Origin: Eledone cirrhosa
Taxonomy: Eukaryota
DNA: 64,000 nt
Assembly: GCA_964016885.1 (NCBI GenBank)
Contig: OZ024742.1
Coordinates: 273,172,001 to 273,236,000, forward strand
Direction: 5' to 3'
This document shows, one piece after another, positions 40,750-54,087 of the stretch. The translations under genes and the position numbers were made by a program. Each line of letters opens with the position of its first letter. Position 1 is the stretch's first letter. Under the pieces are notes generated by a model. That model was not told the origin of the DNA, searched no databases, and was given only the letters and a program-made list of their open reading frames with translations.

Positions 40750-40811
40750 TTTCATTATATATATTTCGGGGATATCATATTAACAATATGCTATGCCTTC
40801 ATCAGACAAAA
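40750..40811 (-). ncRNA. Type I hammerhead, family B-related
   Basis: Reverse complement: ttttgt-CTGATGA-..catat/atatg..-GAA-ATATATAT-A-atgaaa. Confidence 0.75.
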
Positions 40812-41238
40812 TACAATATAAACAGTTTTATAGATAAATATATTCGACATACCGTAATAAACATCAACTTCATTTGAAGAGGTTCACTCTAGCAGTCTAT
40901 TTGTCGAGTGCTTTTATATCAGTTATAAATATTTACTAGTTGTAACCCAACAATTTTAAATATAACTTTACATGTATATATGTATATATATATATATATA
41001 TATATAAAATAAATAAATAAAAATAAAGATAATAATGACAAAAATAAAAGCAAAGAAGGGGGTGAGAAGGAAGAAAAGAAAAGATACCCAAGAAGGGGAA
41101 AGGAAGAAAACGAAGAAATAGAAGAGGAATGAGGGAGAAGGGGGGATATATGTATTGGTTTTGTGGGTAATTAAAGGGTCTAGATATAAGAGGGTATAAA
41201 GTCTAAGTATATGCAGTTTGTCAGTTGGTAGTAAGAGG

Positions 41239-43125
41239 TTAAGTGTTCGATTTGTAGTGCGAAAATTTCTCTTTGAGTCTATGGTTACAATAAATTGATG
41301 TCTCAATTTTATTGTTGAGTAACCTATTCTTCGAACTTAAGATGTGGAACAGCTCAAGGTCGCATAATCGACAGCTTCTCATACCACTCCGAAATGGGGG
41401 CGCGTTTGATAATTTTTTCCACTTCAGGGTGTATTGATGGTTACTTTCCCTCAGTTGCCAGGTCTTGTTTGCAAGGGTAGTTACATAACGGTGCTGGGAA
41501 TGTTTCATTGCGTAACGGTGTGTATACCAACGAGCTTTAAAAGTATTCCCAGTCGCTCCGATGTAATATCATTGCTGGTTGTCTGATTCCACTGTGCATT
41601 GGTAAACCAGGTTAGACTGCATACATTCATTTTGTAATGGACAGGTTTCAGGTAGGTGGCAGTTGCATTTCTTGTGGGCTGCGATACCCGAACAAGTGTG
41701 TTACGTTTTGTTTGCCTATTAGCGGGTGGTTGTGTATTAGATATTCTGTTGTGTTCGGTGGTAATTGTATTGTTATTGTTGTAAATTTGTGTTTTGGTGT
41801 TGTTATGTATCTTTTTAGCGTTAAGCATCTTAATGTGTGCTTCTATATTTGGTGCCGTGGAGCAGGATAGTCTAATAGATTTAGTGTTAAGGATTTTGCT
41901 GTATCTATGTGAATCTGGAAAGTGCCTATTTATTATTCTAAAGAAAGCAGAGGGTAGGTTAGTACTAATAGAGGTGTTAAATATGGGGTTATACCAAATA
42001 TATTTTCTACTGCGTGACTTGTTTGATTTCGATGTTGTACTTCTATTTGCCGTATACTTTGCAGTTCTATGCGTAAATGTGTGTATGCGTGTGTTTCTGG
42101 AGTTTGTGTTATGCGTGTTCGTGTGTGCTTCACAGAGGCTTTCATCTATATATTCTACTCTATCTAAGTGGCCTGCCTTGTCTAATGCGGTATTGTAGTA
42201 TTCTACATGTTCTTCGAAGATTTGCCGGTTAGATGAGAGGCGGGAGATCCTAAGGGATATACTGCGTGGAATGAATTTAATTATTGATAGTGGGTGGTTT
42301 GAGTTACAGTTGATGTATGCTAAGTTTTCATTAATCTTGTGAAAAGGTCTTATAAGTCCCGTATTTAGGTTAAGCGTCACATCTAGAAAGTTAACTGTTT
42401 TAGTGCTATACTCGTACGTTATGCTAAGGTCTAGTTTTCCGAGAGTCTTTCTAATATTCTTACGGAGTCTTTCTATGCTCTGGTTATTTAGGTTCTTAAC
42501 TAGGAGAAGGGCGTCGTCTCTGTAGATTCCACCGTGAAGGTCGCTAAACTCGCTTTGTAAACTATGGGCTATGTAAATACCTACTAAGTCTGTAACTTGA
42601 GCCAATAGGCGTTTTCAAATATAATTATTGTTTTTCTAGCAGCTAATATGATTTTTATCTCGTCGTCTGTTATGTCAGAATTGGCTTTGGCGAATGCTAA
42701 GGCTTTATCCAAGGTGTTGGGGGATATAGATGAGTAATAATCGTTAATGTCAAATTGTATAAATTTAGATACTTCTTTGTTAGCTATATTGTTAAACCAT
42801 TTAATTGTTTCGGTAGCCTTACTTCATACTTTAATCACTAGTTTATTCTTCATTTGTGCTATCACTCTGTCTAATATATGTTTACTAATTTTCCCGATGT
42901 CCGATTTGGATGGGCATATAAGTCTAATAGTGGGGTTATAATCAAAATTTACCTTGTGGTCTTTGAGGTTAAATGTGGGGTTTACATGGCTTAAGTGGCT
43001 CCGTTCTGTCGTCTATTCCTAGGTGTTTGACTATATTGTGTGCCTCGTTGTTGATGTTTATCAGTGCCGCCTCATTTGTTTTTTTGTATTTCCTATGTAA
43101 TTCTTTCCGTATGAAGCTATTGTAT
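41239..43125 (-). pseudogene. PLE reverse transcriptase and GIY-YIG, frameshifted
   Basis: GGIYRDDAL, VNFLDVTLNL, SNHP, YIWYNP, CRLCDLE..LLN..CNH. Confidence 0.9.
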
Positions 43126-43417
43126 GTATTAACCTCTTACTACCAACTGACAAACTGCATATACTTAGACTTTATACCCTCTTATATCTAGACCCTTTAA
43201 TTACCCACAAAACCAATACATATATCCCCCCTTCTCCCCCATTCCTCTTCTATTTCTTCGTTTTCTTCCTTCCTTCCCCCATCTTGGCTATCTTTTCTTT
43301 TCTTCCTTCTCACCCCCTTCTTTGCTTTTATTTTTGTCATTATTATCTTTATTTTTATTTATTTATTTTTATATATATATATATATATATGTGTGTATAT
43401 GTGTGTGTGTGTGTATG

Positions 43418-43458
<41 letters not shown>

Positions 43459-43543
43459 ATGTGTGTGTATATATATGTATGTGTGTATGTGTGTGTATAT
43501 ATATGTATGTGTGTATGTGTTTGTATTAATATGTATGTGTATG

Positions 43544-43594
<51 letters not shown>

Positions 43595-43909
43595 CTCTTT
43601 ATATCTCCCCCCTCTCTCTCTCTCCCTCTCTATCCATCCCTCCCACTATTATCTATTTAATTCTCTTTAACTCACTACACTCCACGACATGATGTCTGCT
43701 ATCAAAACTGACCAAAGAATCCTTCCACCTCTACCCGTACCTCCACTTCAGTTTGTCATTCTACTTCCTACCTCTTCCCCCTTCCTCTCTCTCTATACTA
43801 TGCCGTCTGTCCCCTCATCTCCTGATTCCTCTCTCTCTATACTAGTAAATACAATTCCAAATAAATGTTTTTCTCTATATATTAAGAATTATTTCAAGAG
43901 AAACTCACC

Positions 43910-44009
43910 ATTTTGAAAATTTGGACTGTGAACAACAATTATAATTGAGTGGCTGCTATTTGCAGTATAGCAATATAAGGTTGCACTTACCAATGAAACG
44001 GTCGTAAAT
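43910..44009 (+). ncRNA. Hammerhead-like motif with U3-A8 core (TTGAAAA) and long stem II; mirror copy at 39000-39101 (-)
   Basis: att-TTGAAAA-tttgg..ccaat-GAA-ACGGTCGT-A-aat. Confidence 0.5.
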
Positions 44010-44057
44010 ACCTGGATTAAATCCTTCTCTTAATGCTTACCTGTGTTTTCTCATTTA

Positions 44058-44108
<51 letters not shown>

Positions 44109-44617
44109 AAAGAATAGAGGTGTAACACACAAGTTATTATATATTGGTAAACGGAATAGAAAATGCTGACAAATTGTTCACAGTTGAAAAATGGTTTAAT
44201 TAGGAATAAAAGAGTATTAGTGATTGTATGAGTTAGTATTCAGTTGTGGTTTTAAGTTTTTAAGTTTTTACCGGTTGCGCATTTCTAAATGCTTTTCAAA
44301 ATAATTTTGAGAAAGAGTGTCCGTGCTGTTTGCTCTGATCTGATTAGTTTTGGGAATTCTACCTGTTTTTATGTTAAAAAAGTGGCTCCAGCGTTACTTT
44401 GGTGTTGCAAAATTTCTTGTGGTCAAAACAATTTTGATTGGTCGGTATAGGTCATGTGAGTGTAAAAAATTGATTTTGCGCCAAGACTGTTTTTATGTTA
44501 AAAATCTGGCTCCAGCAACAATTCTTGTGGTCAAAACAATTTTGATTGGTCGGTAGAGGTCATGTGAATAAAACATTGGTTTTGCGCCAAGATTGAGAAA
44601 TGACTCTTTCACAACAA

Positions 44618-44740
<123 letters not shown>

Positions 44741-45044
44741 GCAGAGTAATTCGTGGTGGCAGGGATGGTCAGTAAGAATGTGTCTGAAAGCAATGGGGGG
44801 TAATTTAGCATGTCAAAAGATATTTTTCAGCTTTTGATTCACACAAAATGAAAATTCGAACAATTCCAAAATGGAACAAATCCCTCAGAGACAGAAAGTT
44901 CTCATTCTGGAAGATGATACAAAATCACAACAAAGCAGAGATATATGAAAAATGGGTTAAATCAACCCCACTAACTCCCCCCGTAAACTACAAATAAAGT
45001 CCATTCCAAATGAACCCGAACCTCAAAGACACCTTAGGGAAAGA

Positions 45045-45902
45045 ATGGTATTGGAAAAGAATACAGAAATTGAACTTATTAAACTGAGGGCCCAAACAAA
45101 TGAGGAAAAAATCAAAACAATCGATGAAGAGATCCTCCTGGAAATCAACAACAAAACTGAAGGCCCCAAGGTAGAGAAGATCTCCAAATTATGGAAAGGG
45201 GACTGCAACAGAGAAGAACTGAAATCCCTTCAACGCTGGGAAAAAAGTGCCGCTTGGTTCCTACACTATGAATCGACTTTTCAAACGGATTACACCTCCA
45301 ATAACCCGTTCATAAAAATAGGAAAACCCATAACTGAACCGCACAACAACTTCTCAAACCCCCAAGCCTCTAACAAACGAAGAAGGAAGCAGCACACCGA
45401 AGATGAACTTCCCAACCTCGCTACCATAAGAAGGAACAAAAACCCAAGAAATCATCTCCCCCAGAATAACATTTACAACTTTCCCCCTTCAAGGAGACAC
45501 CATACCAAATCACTCAACTACTACGCGGATGCCTCATCGTCAAACATAGGGAAAATATACCACCGCCATGATAGATGTAACAACTTCCCCGCTTCAAGAG
45601 GACAGCAAGGTAATTACCATTTTCTCAACTCTCGCTTCCACAATACACAACAAACCCACACCACACGATACAACCAACAAAGTAGGCCACTTATAACATC
45701 ACAATACAACATGGCACATAGAAACACACACCCATACTCGCAGTACAGGAACACCCCATTCAATCTACAACCACCAACCCGAACCACATTTTACAACAAC
45801 AAGGAATATAACAAACACAGGAGACCACTTAACATCAGCAGACAACCCCTCTACCCCAACCATTTTTTAGACACAGCACACAGATACAGGCAAACAAAAT
45901 AA
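45045..45902 (+). CDS. PLE upstream ORF (coiled-coil N-terminus, basic low-complexity tail)
   Basis: 285-aa ORF directly upstream of the RT ORF. Confidence 0.55.
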   Translation: MVLEKNTEIELIKLRAQTNEEKIKTIDEEILLEINNKTEGPKVEKISKLWKGDCNREELKSLQRWEKSAAWFLHYESTFQTDYTSNNPFIKIGKPITEPHNNFSNPQASNKRRRKQHTEDELPNLATIRRNKNPRNHLPQNNIYNFPPSRRHHTKSLNYYADASSSNIGKIYHRHDRCNNFPASRGQQGNYHFLNSRFHNTQQTHTTRYNQQSRPLITSQYNMAHRNTHPYSQYRNTPFNLQPPTRTTFYNNKEYNKHRRPLNISRQPLYPNHFLDTAHRYRQTK

Positions 45903-45935
45903 CACAAGACAGGGAGGAGAAACCGATAGTAATAA

Positions 45936-47960
45936 AAAATTATCAATCTTACTAGTGCAGAACCAACACCCAACCTTATCAACTTACTCTCCAAAGGTCT
46001 TAAATTCACACCGACCCCACTACGTCCTAACTACTATGAAATGAAGGAAGACATCACCGACTTCTGTAGAAAGTTACGACTTAGTGAACAACTATTCGAC
46101 CAGTACAATGAGGATGAATCATTAGCCAGAAATAGAAGCAATTACACCCCTTCAAAAGGTAGAAATAAAATCCTGGACGAATTCTGTGAACACATCACAA
46201 ACTTCCCTTACCAACACTTGCACAGACAAAAAGACAAGCCAAACCTCAACAAGAAAGAATGGGAAGAATTAAATAGATTAAAAACCGACAGAACCATTAC
46301 AATTAAAGAGGCTGATAAAGGGAGTACAGTAGTCCTAATGGAGACATAATTCTATATCAACTTAGCGCTCTCCACTTTGGAAAACGAAACATACTACGAA
46401 AAGGCTGAACACTACAATCAACAGAAAATTATGAGAAACCTAAAAACTCTAATCAACCAATACAAAGAAGGACTCACTAACAAGGAATTCAGCTTCATCA
46501 CAGACTTCACAAGTAAATCCAGCCTTTTCTACGGTATCCCTAAAGTACATAAAAGCGAATCAATAAGTAAGGCATGCAAGGAAGCCACAGACATAGTCAT
46601 CAATGTCCTCTCACCCAATGATCTCAAATTAAGACCTATAATAGCAGGCCCCGCTTGCGAAACGCACCGTCTTAGCAACTTCATTGATACCCTTCTCAAA
46701 CCCTTCCTCAAGCACATCAAAAGCTATATAAGGGACGACCTAGATATGCTCAATCACCTCCCTAATATGCCACTTCCTGAACAAACCCTACTAGTGACCT
46801 TCGATGTAGTCAACCTATACTCCAACATCCCCCACAACCTAGGAATAGAAGCTATCCAATTCTGGCTGGATAATTTCCACAATGAACTCCCACAACGCAT
46901 CAAAAAAGAATTCGTGATAGAGGGACTCAAATTTAGCTTGGAGAACAATTACTTCGTTTTCAATAACAAACCCTACAGGCAGAAATCTGGGACTGCTATG
47001 GGAACGAAAACAGCCCCCACTTATGCCAACCTAGTCATGGGATACCTGGAAATCACCCTCTACACTAAAGTCCTAAACAAATTTGGAAACACCCTCCACT
47101 TACACATTGAAAGGAACTGGAAGCGATATCTAGATGACTGCTTCATCGTTTGGCACGAAAACATCGAAAAACTTAAAGAATTTCACACCCTTATAAATGG
47201 GCTCAACACAAATATTAACTTCACGAAGGAATACAGCCATCAACAACTCCCCTTCCTCGACATCCTCATTAAGATCCATAACAAAAAAATAGAAAGAGAC
47301 ATATACTACAAGCCCACAGACTCCAAGCAATATCTCCCCTTCAACTCTTCCATACATCTCCACACACAACCCCCTCAACAATGAGGCCTTTGACACCATC
47401 CTCCAGAACATCCCTGTATTGAAAAAGGACCATAGAATGAACCAAATTCTACGAACACACGATATCATAAAGAGCAAAAGACAATCCAAGTCAATGAAAA
47501 ACATCTTAACACATGCCAAAGTACAACGAAACCACAACAACGAAACCCACAGTAAAAAAAATGCGATAGACCCAACTGTGGCATTTGCATCAACCTAATA
47601 GAGGGTTCGGAAATCTATTTCAAAGATGGACAACGTTTTATAGTAAAACACAATTTCACATGTGCATCGGAAAATCTAATATATGTATTAACTTGTTCAG
47701 GTTGTCGAGAACAATACATAGGCCAGACCAAAAACAGCCTCCGCCAACGCATGACTGTCCATAGATCCCAAATTAAAATACGGGAATACAGGAAAATACC
47801 ACTGAGTGAACACATTGATACCTGTGCCGCCCAAAATCATCCCAACTTCAGAATCTTTCCCCTCTACAAATTTAAAGATAATGCCACCCACACCCAGCGC
47901 ATCAGCAAGGAATCTTACTTCATTAACAAATACGGACCCCGTCTAAACACTTCTCCCTAA
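45936..47960 (+). pseudogene. Neptune-like PLE RT + GIY-YIG (one nonsense codon at 46347, internal deletion at ~47345, frameshifts)
   Basis: LSKGLKFTP, KEADKG, FYGIPKVHK, RPII, FDVVNLYSNI, GTAMG, RYLDD, FLD, FTCASENLIYVLTCSGCREQYIGQT..QRMTVH. Confidence 0.95.
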
Positions 47961-48640
47961 GACGAAACCACAACATACACACGTCAACATACATACCTAC
48001 ATCAGCACACATCTCTACCCACATATAAACACAATGACATACGTAAACACACATGCTCTATGGTGCAACACAAAAAAATATATGTGCATATATATGTGTA
48101 TCTATATGTATATATGTATATATATATATATATATATGTATATAGTGAATATATGTATGTGTGTATATATATATAGTGAATATCATTTCACACCTTTTAT
48201 TGTTAAGATTTTTGATGTTCTATGAAGAGAACCGATTTTACTGAAAAAATCGAATAATGTACACCATTTTACCAGGGGGAATAAAATACTGGTCCACCCA
48301 CACACACACACACACACACACATACACACGCGTACATCAACATACAAAGAGACTTATATATACACACACACACACACGCACTTCTCCGTATAAGACAAAA
48401 GCTGAAAAATATCTTTTGACATGCTAAAATACCCCCCATTGCTTTCAGACACATTCTTACTGACCATCCCTGCCACCACGAATTACTCTGCTCCCCCCCC
48501 CCCACCCCCCCCACACACACACTTATCTCAATAGCCATTTGACACACATCGCTGCTAACCATTATCACAACATCGAACACCTTACTAGACTTCTATAAGA
48601 ATCAAACATTCATGGTTTTCAGCAAACAGGAGGAGTAGTT

Positions 48641-48685
48641 AGCTTTGATGAGCACCAAAAAGTGCGAAACAGGACTCTGTCAGCT
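48641..48685 (+). ncRNA. Type I hammerhead with extended stem I (family L)
   Basis: agct-TTGATGA-gcac/caaaaa/gtgc-GAAA-cag/gact/ctg-TC-agct; outer helix 48616-48708; second copy at 61646-61738 (-). Confidence 0.8.
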
Positions 48686-48810
48686 TTATCTCCTCTGTCT
48701 GCTGAAAATTAAAAAAAGTGAGACTGTCACTACTCTAAAACAATAGGGCAAGGTCTTCGAAATGCTTTTAAATAAGCATAGAGTGTATTGCAAAATACAC
48801 TATATATACA

Positions 48811-48880
<70 letters not shown>

Positions 48881-50337
48881 GATGGCAATTTCTGTCCGTC
48901 TCTGTGGAAGTGTGTGACGAGCTGGCCTCTACATCGGTCAGCCTATCTTGATGAAACTTTACAAACATGTTAAGCTTACAGCCAGGAATAGGACTGGCTA
49001 ATGGGATTTCAATAAATATGGAACCCCTGGGGACATTAAACCCTCCGTCCCACTACTCTCCTTCCTTCTCACACAACTCTCTCCTCCAAAACGAGGCAAC
49101 AACTTATTTGTTTTTTTTTGTTCTTCATTCTGTAGAGAAAGAGAGAGAGAGGGGATGGGAGAGAGAGATGAGTCAAACAGAGAGGTGATTGGAGAGAGAG
49201 AAAGAGAAAGAGAGCGAAAGAAAGATAAAGAGGGGGGGGGAGATAATGTAGTAAACAGGAAATGATAGTGTAGTCCGATCACTAATTTTTATTTATTTAT
49301 TTTTTAAACACTTCTTAACTAACTACTTTCTTAACGTTACTTCTCTGTCCCTCCATCTTTCACAAACGTCCTAATGAGACTGTGTATGTGAGCGTGTGTG
49401 TGTGTCTTGGTGTTCTTAAATTAGAGACAAGTGTGTGTGTGTTTATTACTGTACCTAAGTTAGAGACATATATATCCCAGTTTACTGTCTCATGTACACA
49501 CAAAAATACTCATGCACGTGTGTGTATGTATGTCATCGAAGCCATTATACTGTTGGTGTACCTAAAAGAAATAGAAATAGAATCTTACTGCCATAGAGGT
49601 GAAAGTAGGTGGATGCTACAGTGTAAATATTTTAATTAACCCAAGCTCTGCCACAATTTAAGCCAAGGAGCGTAAACTCACCAAATAACAGTCGCTCTCC
49701 GACAGGTTTGTTGTTGAGCCTATAAAAATGGAGACTTCTTGTTTCCTTGGCTCTAGGGCTACCTCCCAACGCACCACCATCGACACAGCGATGGCTAAAC
49801 GCAGGGCTGTGCCTCGCAAGCCGGAATGGATTTTCCGGCACGTCTCCCTCACCATCCTCTATTCCGACCACCGGAGCTGCTGGCCGGCCAGAGCGTGAGC
49901 CCCCATTTGCTCATAATAGTGTGTGATTGGGAGATCGGGAGAAATGGAGGCAGTGACAGTGAGAGTTTGGTTCCGGGTGTATATGTATATATTTACCACA
50001 CTGACACACATTTAAATAAACTTTCCTGAATTACAGAAATTAATAAGTAAATTCTTCATTCAAAAATAAACAAAAGGTAATATTTTTTTAAATTTCATTT
50101 ATGCTTTTTAAAATAGCCTTCACATTCTGTTTGTATTTCAGAGGTTCTGATTGAGCAAAAAAATAAAAGGATATATAAACTCAAATTTATTTTTTTGCGT
50201 CATGCCCTTTTCATTGACATCATGCTGACTGTAATAGGGAGTAGTATTATAAAAATGACCACTACACAAAACTAATTATATTTTTATCTACATGATTTGC
50301 TTTAAACAAACGGCAATTAATATTCTTCTATAATTCT

Positions 50338-50414
<77 letters not shown>

Positions 50415-50417
<3 letters not shown>

Positions 50418-50800
50418 AAATAAACTCCATAGAATCATTTGCTAAAATATATACAGTATTTCTCCTCCCAATCAGCATAATTAACCACACAAAATATCAA
50501 TTAAACAAGGCCATAAGTTTAAAATGTACATATGAAGAAACAATAGATAAATAAATGATAGCTATTTTTATCCGCAATCAACAGCCACAGAAGATTTACC
50601 CACTATTTCTAATAGCCTGTAGACATTGATTAGACATATAGCCATAAATACATAACTAGGTACAAAATCAAAGTTAGAAGAAAAAGTATACATACACATA
50701 CCAAAAGTTTAATGGATTTTTTGTGTGATTAATTATGCTGATTGGGAGGAGAAATACTGTATATATTTTATCAAATGATTCTATGTACTTATTTTCTTAT
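50415..50800. repeat. Short inverted repeat, ~80-bp arms
   Basis: 50415-50495 is the reverse complement of 50717-50800. Confidence 0.7.
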
Positions 50801-51008
50801 ATATTGCTCTGATTGTTGATTATTTAATTAATTAATTCGTCATTGAGCCACACCGTGAATGGTTGCCAAAAACATATATATATATATATATATATATGGC
50901 TCTGTCTAGTTTATGTATATGTAAATCTCTATATTTTATATGGAGCCTTGCCACTGGATGTAGTTTAATGTCATACCCAGGACAAATTTTATATATATAT
51001 ATATATAA

Positions 51009-54000
51009 AATTTGTCCTGGGTATGACATTAAACTACATCCAGTGGCAAGACTCCAGTTCGGGAGTTCTGGAGTTGTCATAACTCCCAGGTCTGCTCTGG
51101 CCCGCAGTGGTAGTACCTGTTAGGTCCCCATTTATGGGTTAAATAACTACTATATTCGAGTGGCGTCGGTAAGGTATTGTCAGCCATTGAAAAGAAATAT
51201 GGAGAGTCTATCTAACAGAACTGGGGTTAGAACACCTAATTACACTATCAAGGAGCAGTCTGGTCATTAGGACACTGCTGGCTTGGAGCCAGAGGGAGGG
51301 CCAGTGGATGATGGATCAGCTGTCTCTGAGACAAATATAAATAATGCAGTTTTTTCCTGCAGAAGAGCCATCGAATAGGGCACTTTTAATGTGAGGACTA
51401 TTCGGACGCTGGAAAAGAGAGAGGAGTTGGGACATATGTTCGAGGAGACTGGTATACAGATACTTGCGATCCAAGAACACAGGATCCTACACGATGGGCC
51501 CATGATGAGTGTGATGATTGGGAAGATGAGCCAGCTCATCACCACATCGACAGTGAGGAACATGACCAATGCTGCAGTGGGAGGAGTGGGTTTTGTTTTC
51601 AGCACAAAAACCAGTCTATTGGTGAGGGAAATAATACCTGTCTCCCCGCGAGTGTTGAGGGTCATCGTCAATGGAAACCCAAGACTGACAGTCATCTCAG
51701 CCTATAGTCCAACCGAGGGAGACAGTGATGTGAGTGCGGAAGAGTTCCATGAGGAGGTGTGTAGAGCTATCAACACCACACAAGCACACAACATCCTGTT
51801 TGTTGTGGGGGACTTCAATGCACATCTGAGTAAGGAGGGCAGTGAAGATCCTTGCTGATACTTCCATAACAAGACCAACCGAAAGGGAAGACTGCTGAGA
51901 GATACCCTGCTAGAGGCGAACTTGATAGCGACCACCCTAAAGTGTAGGAAGAATCCTGGGAAGATGTGGACCTACATCTCAGATATGCACCTGGCCAAGT
52001 CCAAGATTGATTTCATTCTGGTGAGGAAAAAGTGGCTGAATAATGTTCTGAACACAGAACCATACAACTATTTCAGTACACTGGGAGGTGACCACCGGCT
52101 TGTTATGAGTGAGGTCCGGGTGAGCTTAAGAAAGAACAAGGCTCAGCCCCGGCGAGCAATCTATGACTGGGGAGCTTTCAAGGAAGATGATCAGCTACAG
52201 GAGAGGTTCACAGTGTAAGTGAGGAACAGGTTAAGTGCTCTGTATAGAGAGGCAGATTGGAAGGACTGAGGAGAGTGTGACGAAGGGGTACGGGAACTTC
52301 ACCAATGCAGTGGCGGAAGCAAGTGAGACCCGGGGGCCGAGGAGAGAGAACAAAAGGAAGCTCGTCAGCTCTGCAGACCCAAAAGTGTGTGCAGCCAGAG
52401 AACATCTGAAAGCTGCCAAGGACCAATTCTATGCTGATCCTACGGAGGAGAGGATGGAGACTGTGGAGGTGATGAGGGAAGAACTCTGTACCGCTTACAC
52501 TGAGGCCAGAGAGGAGGCACTGGTAGATAAGATCAGAAGTGTGGAGATAGCGGTTGACAGGTCTGGATGTAAGGAGGGCTGGATGATCATCAATGAGATC
52601 ACAGGGAGGAAGAGAATGTGTTCGAGTCAGATCCAGGGAACAGGGCCCGAGCATAGGCAGAGGAAATTAGCTAGACCATTTTAGGACCCAAACTTGGAGA
52701 ACCGCCCTCCACAGCCCAGAGCACTGGGGAGATTTTGATGATATCATCCTGGGGTTCTGTAACCAATCATTGGAGAAAGGAGTTGCCCCGAATCAGTGGA
52801 GGATCAGTAACATCGTCCCAGTGCCAAAGAAGGGAGATCTCTCTAACACAAACAACTACAAGGGGATCTCACTGACGTCACTTGTGGCAAAGACACTCAA
52901 CATGATGATTCTTAACAGGATCCATCCTGAGATGGAGAAGAAGCACAAGGACAACCAGAACGGCTTCAGAGAGGGAAGATCAACCACCAGTCACATCCTG
53001 ATGATGGGGTGGATATTAGAGGTATCTAGAGCAAAGTGCCTTCCTGCCATCATGGTTTTCATTGACTTTAGGAAGGCCTTTGATTCCGTGGACCGTCACT
53101 GCCTGATGAAGATCTTACAGGCTTATGGAATCCCCAAGAAGATAGTGGACCTGATATCACTGCTCTACACCAACAACTAAGCCCAAGTCATTACACCTGA
53201 TGAAAGAGTTATTTGAGATACTGGCTGGAGTGCTCCGGTGAGATACATTGGCTCCCAAACTTTTTATCATCGTAGTGGACTATTGTATGCGCCTTGCACT
53301 GGAGAAACACCAGGACTCTGGCTTTACTGTTGCACCGGCTCAGAGCAGGAGAGTTAGGGCGAAAAAGATATCGGATGCTGAATTTGCCGACGACATAGTT
53401 TTGGTGACAAATACAGTGAATGAGGCAGAGGATTTGATGCAGGAAGTTGAGACGGTGTTGATGAGTTTGGAGCTGAGAATGAATGAGACTAAAACAAAAT
53501 ATCTGGTAGAGAATGTTAAGAAGCCAGATGTGATCACTAATGTAGGCGGGAAGCCACTAGAATTGGTTGAGGACTTCTTGTATTTGGGAGCAAAGATTGG
53601 GAATACGGAAGATGATGTGGTTGAGAGGAAGAGAAAAGCCTGGGCGGCGTGCCACAGCTAGAGATCGGTGTGGAAGTCGGACCTTCGTAAAGACCTGAAA
53701 ATCCGCCTCTTCATTGCTCTAGTGGAGTATGTGCTGCTATACGGGTCTGAGACTTGGACACTGACCAAGAAACTCACTCATATGGTGGATGGGTGCTACA
53801 CGAGAATGCTGAGGATAGCTCTGAACATTAATCAGTATACACTCTGTATGAAAGACTCAGAGCTGTATGGGAGCCTCCCAAATGCCAGCTCAAAATTGAC
53901 ACAGAGGAGACTGAGGTTAGCTGGAAATGCTGACCGACATCCAGAGTTGACATTGCACTAAGTGCTCCTGTGGGAGCCCTAACATCGACACACTGGAAGT

Positions 54001-54085
54001 GGATGACCTAGGTTAACGTATGTTGATTCCGGAAGGACAGACACTGGTCTGTTGGAAACAAAGAAAATGGCAGCGATAATGAGCA
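51009..54085 (+). mobile_element. Near-full-length decayed RTE-clade LINE (APE + RT)
   Basis: GTFNVRT, AIQEHR, SAYSPT, GDFNAH, IDFIL, GDH, PKKGDLS..NY, QNGFR, FIDFRKAFDSV, FADD, LLYGSETW; multiple stops. Confidence 0.95.
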
Positions 54086-54087
54086 GA

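Larger units (their letters stand above)
38820..44060 (-). mobile_element. PLE (YRDD-type RT, C-terminal GIY-YIG) with interrupted 3' pseudo-LTR and inverted 5' pseudo-LTR (43130-44060)
   Basis: 43130-43400 is the reverse complement of 40970-41240; 43400-44060 is the reverse complement of 38940-39560. Confidence 0.85.

Noticed and set aside
46347-46349. In-frame stop as programmed readthrough or selenocysteine
   Set aside because: The codon is TAA, not TGA, and the copy has other lesions, so simple decay is more likely.
49630-50030. GC-richer segment with hairpin gccggaa/ttccggc, considered as an HDV-like ribozyme or LTR
   Set aside because: I could not build the nested double pseudoknot, and there is no second LTR or primer-binding site.
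50725-50770. CTGATTG..GAAATACTGTATA as a hammerhead
   Set aside because: Core positions 8-9 are wrong and there is no stem II.
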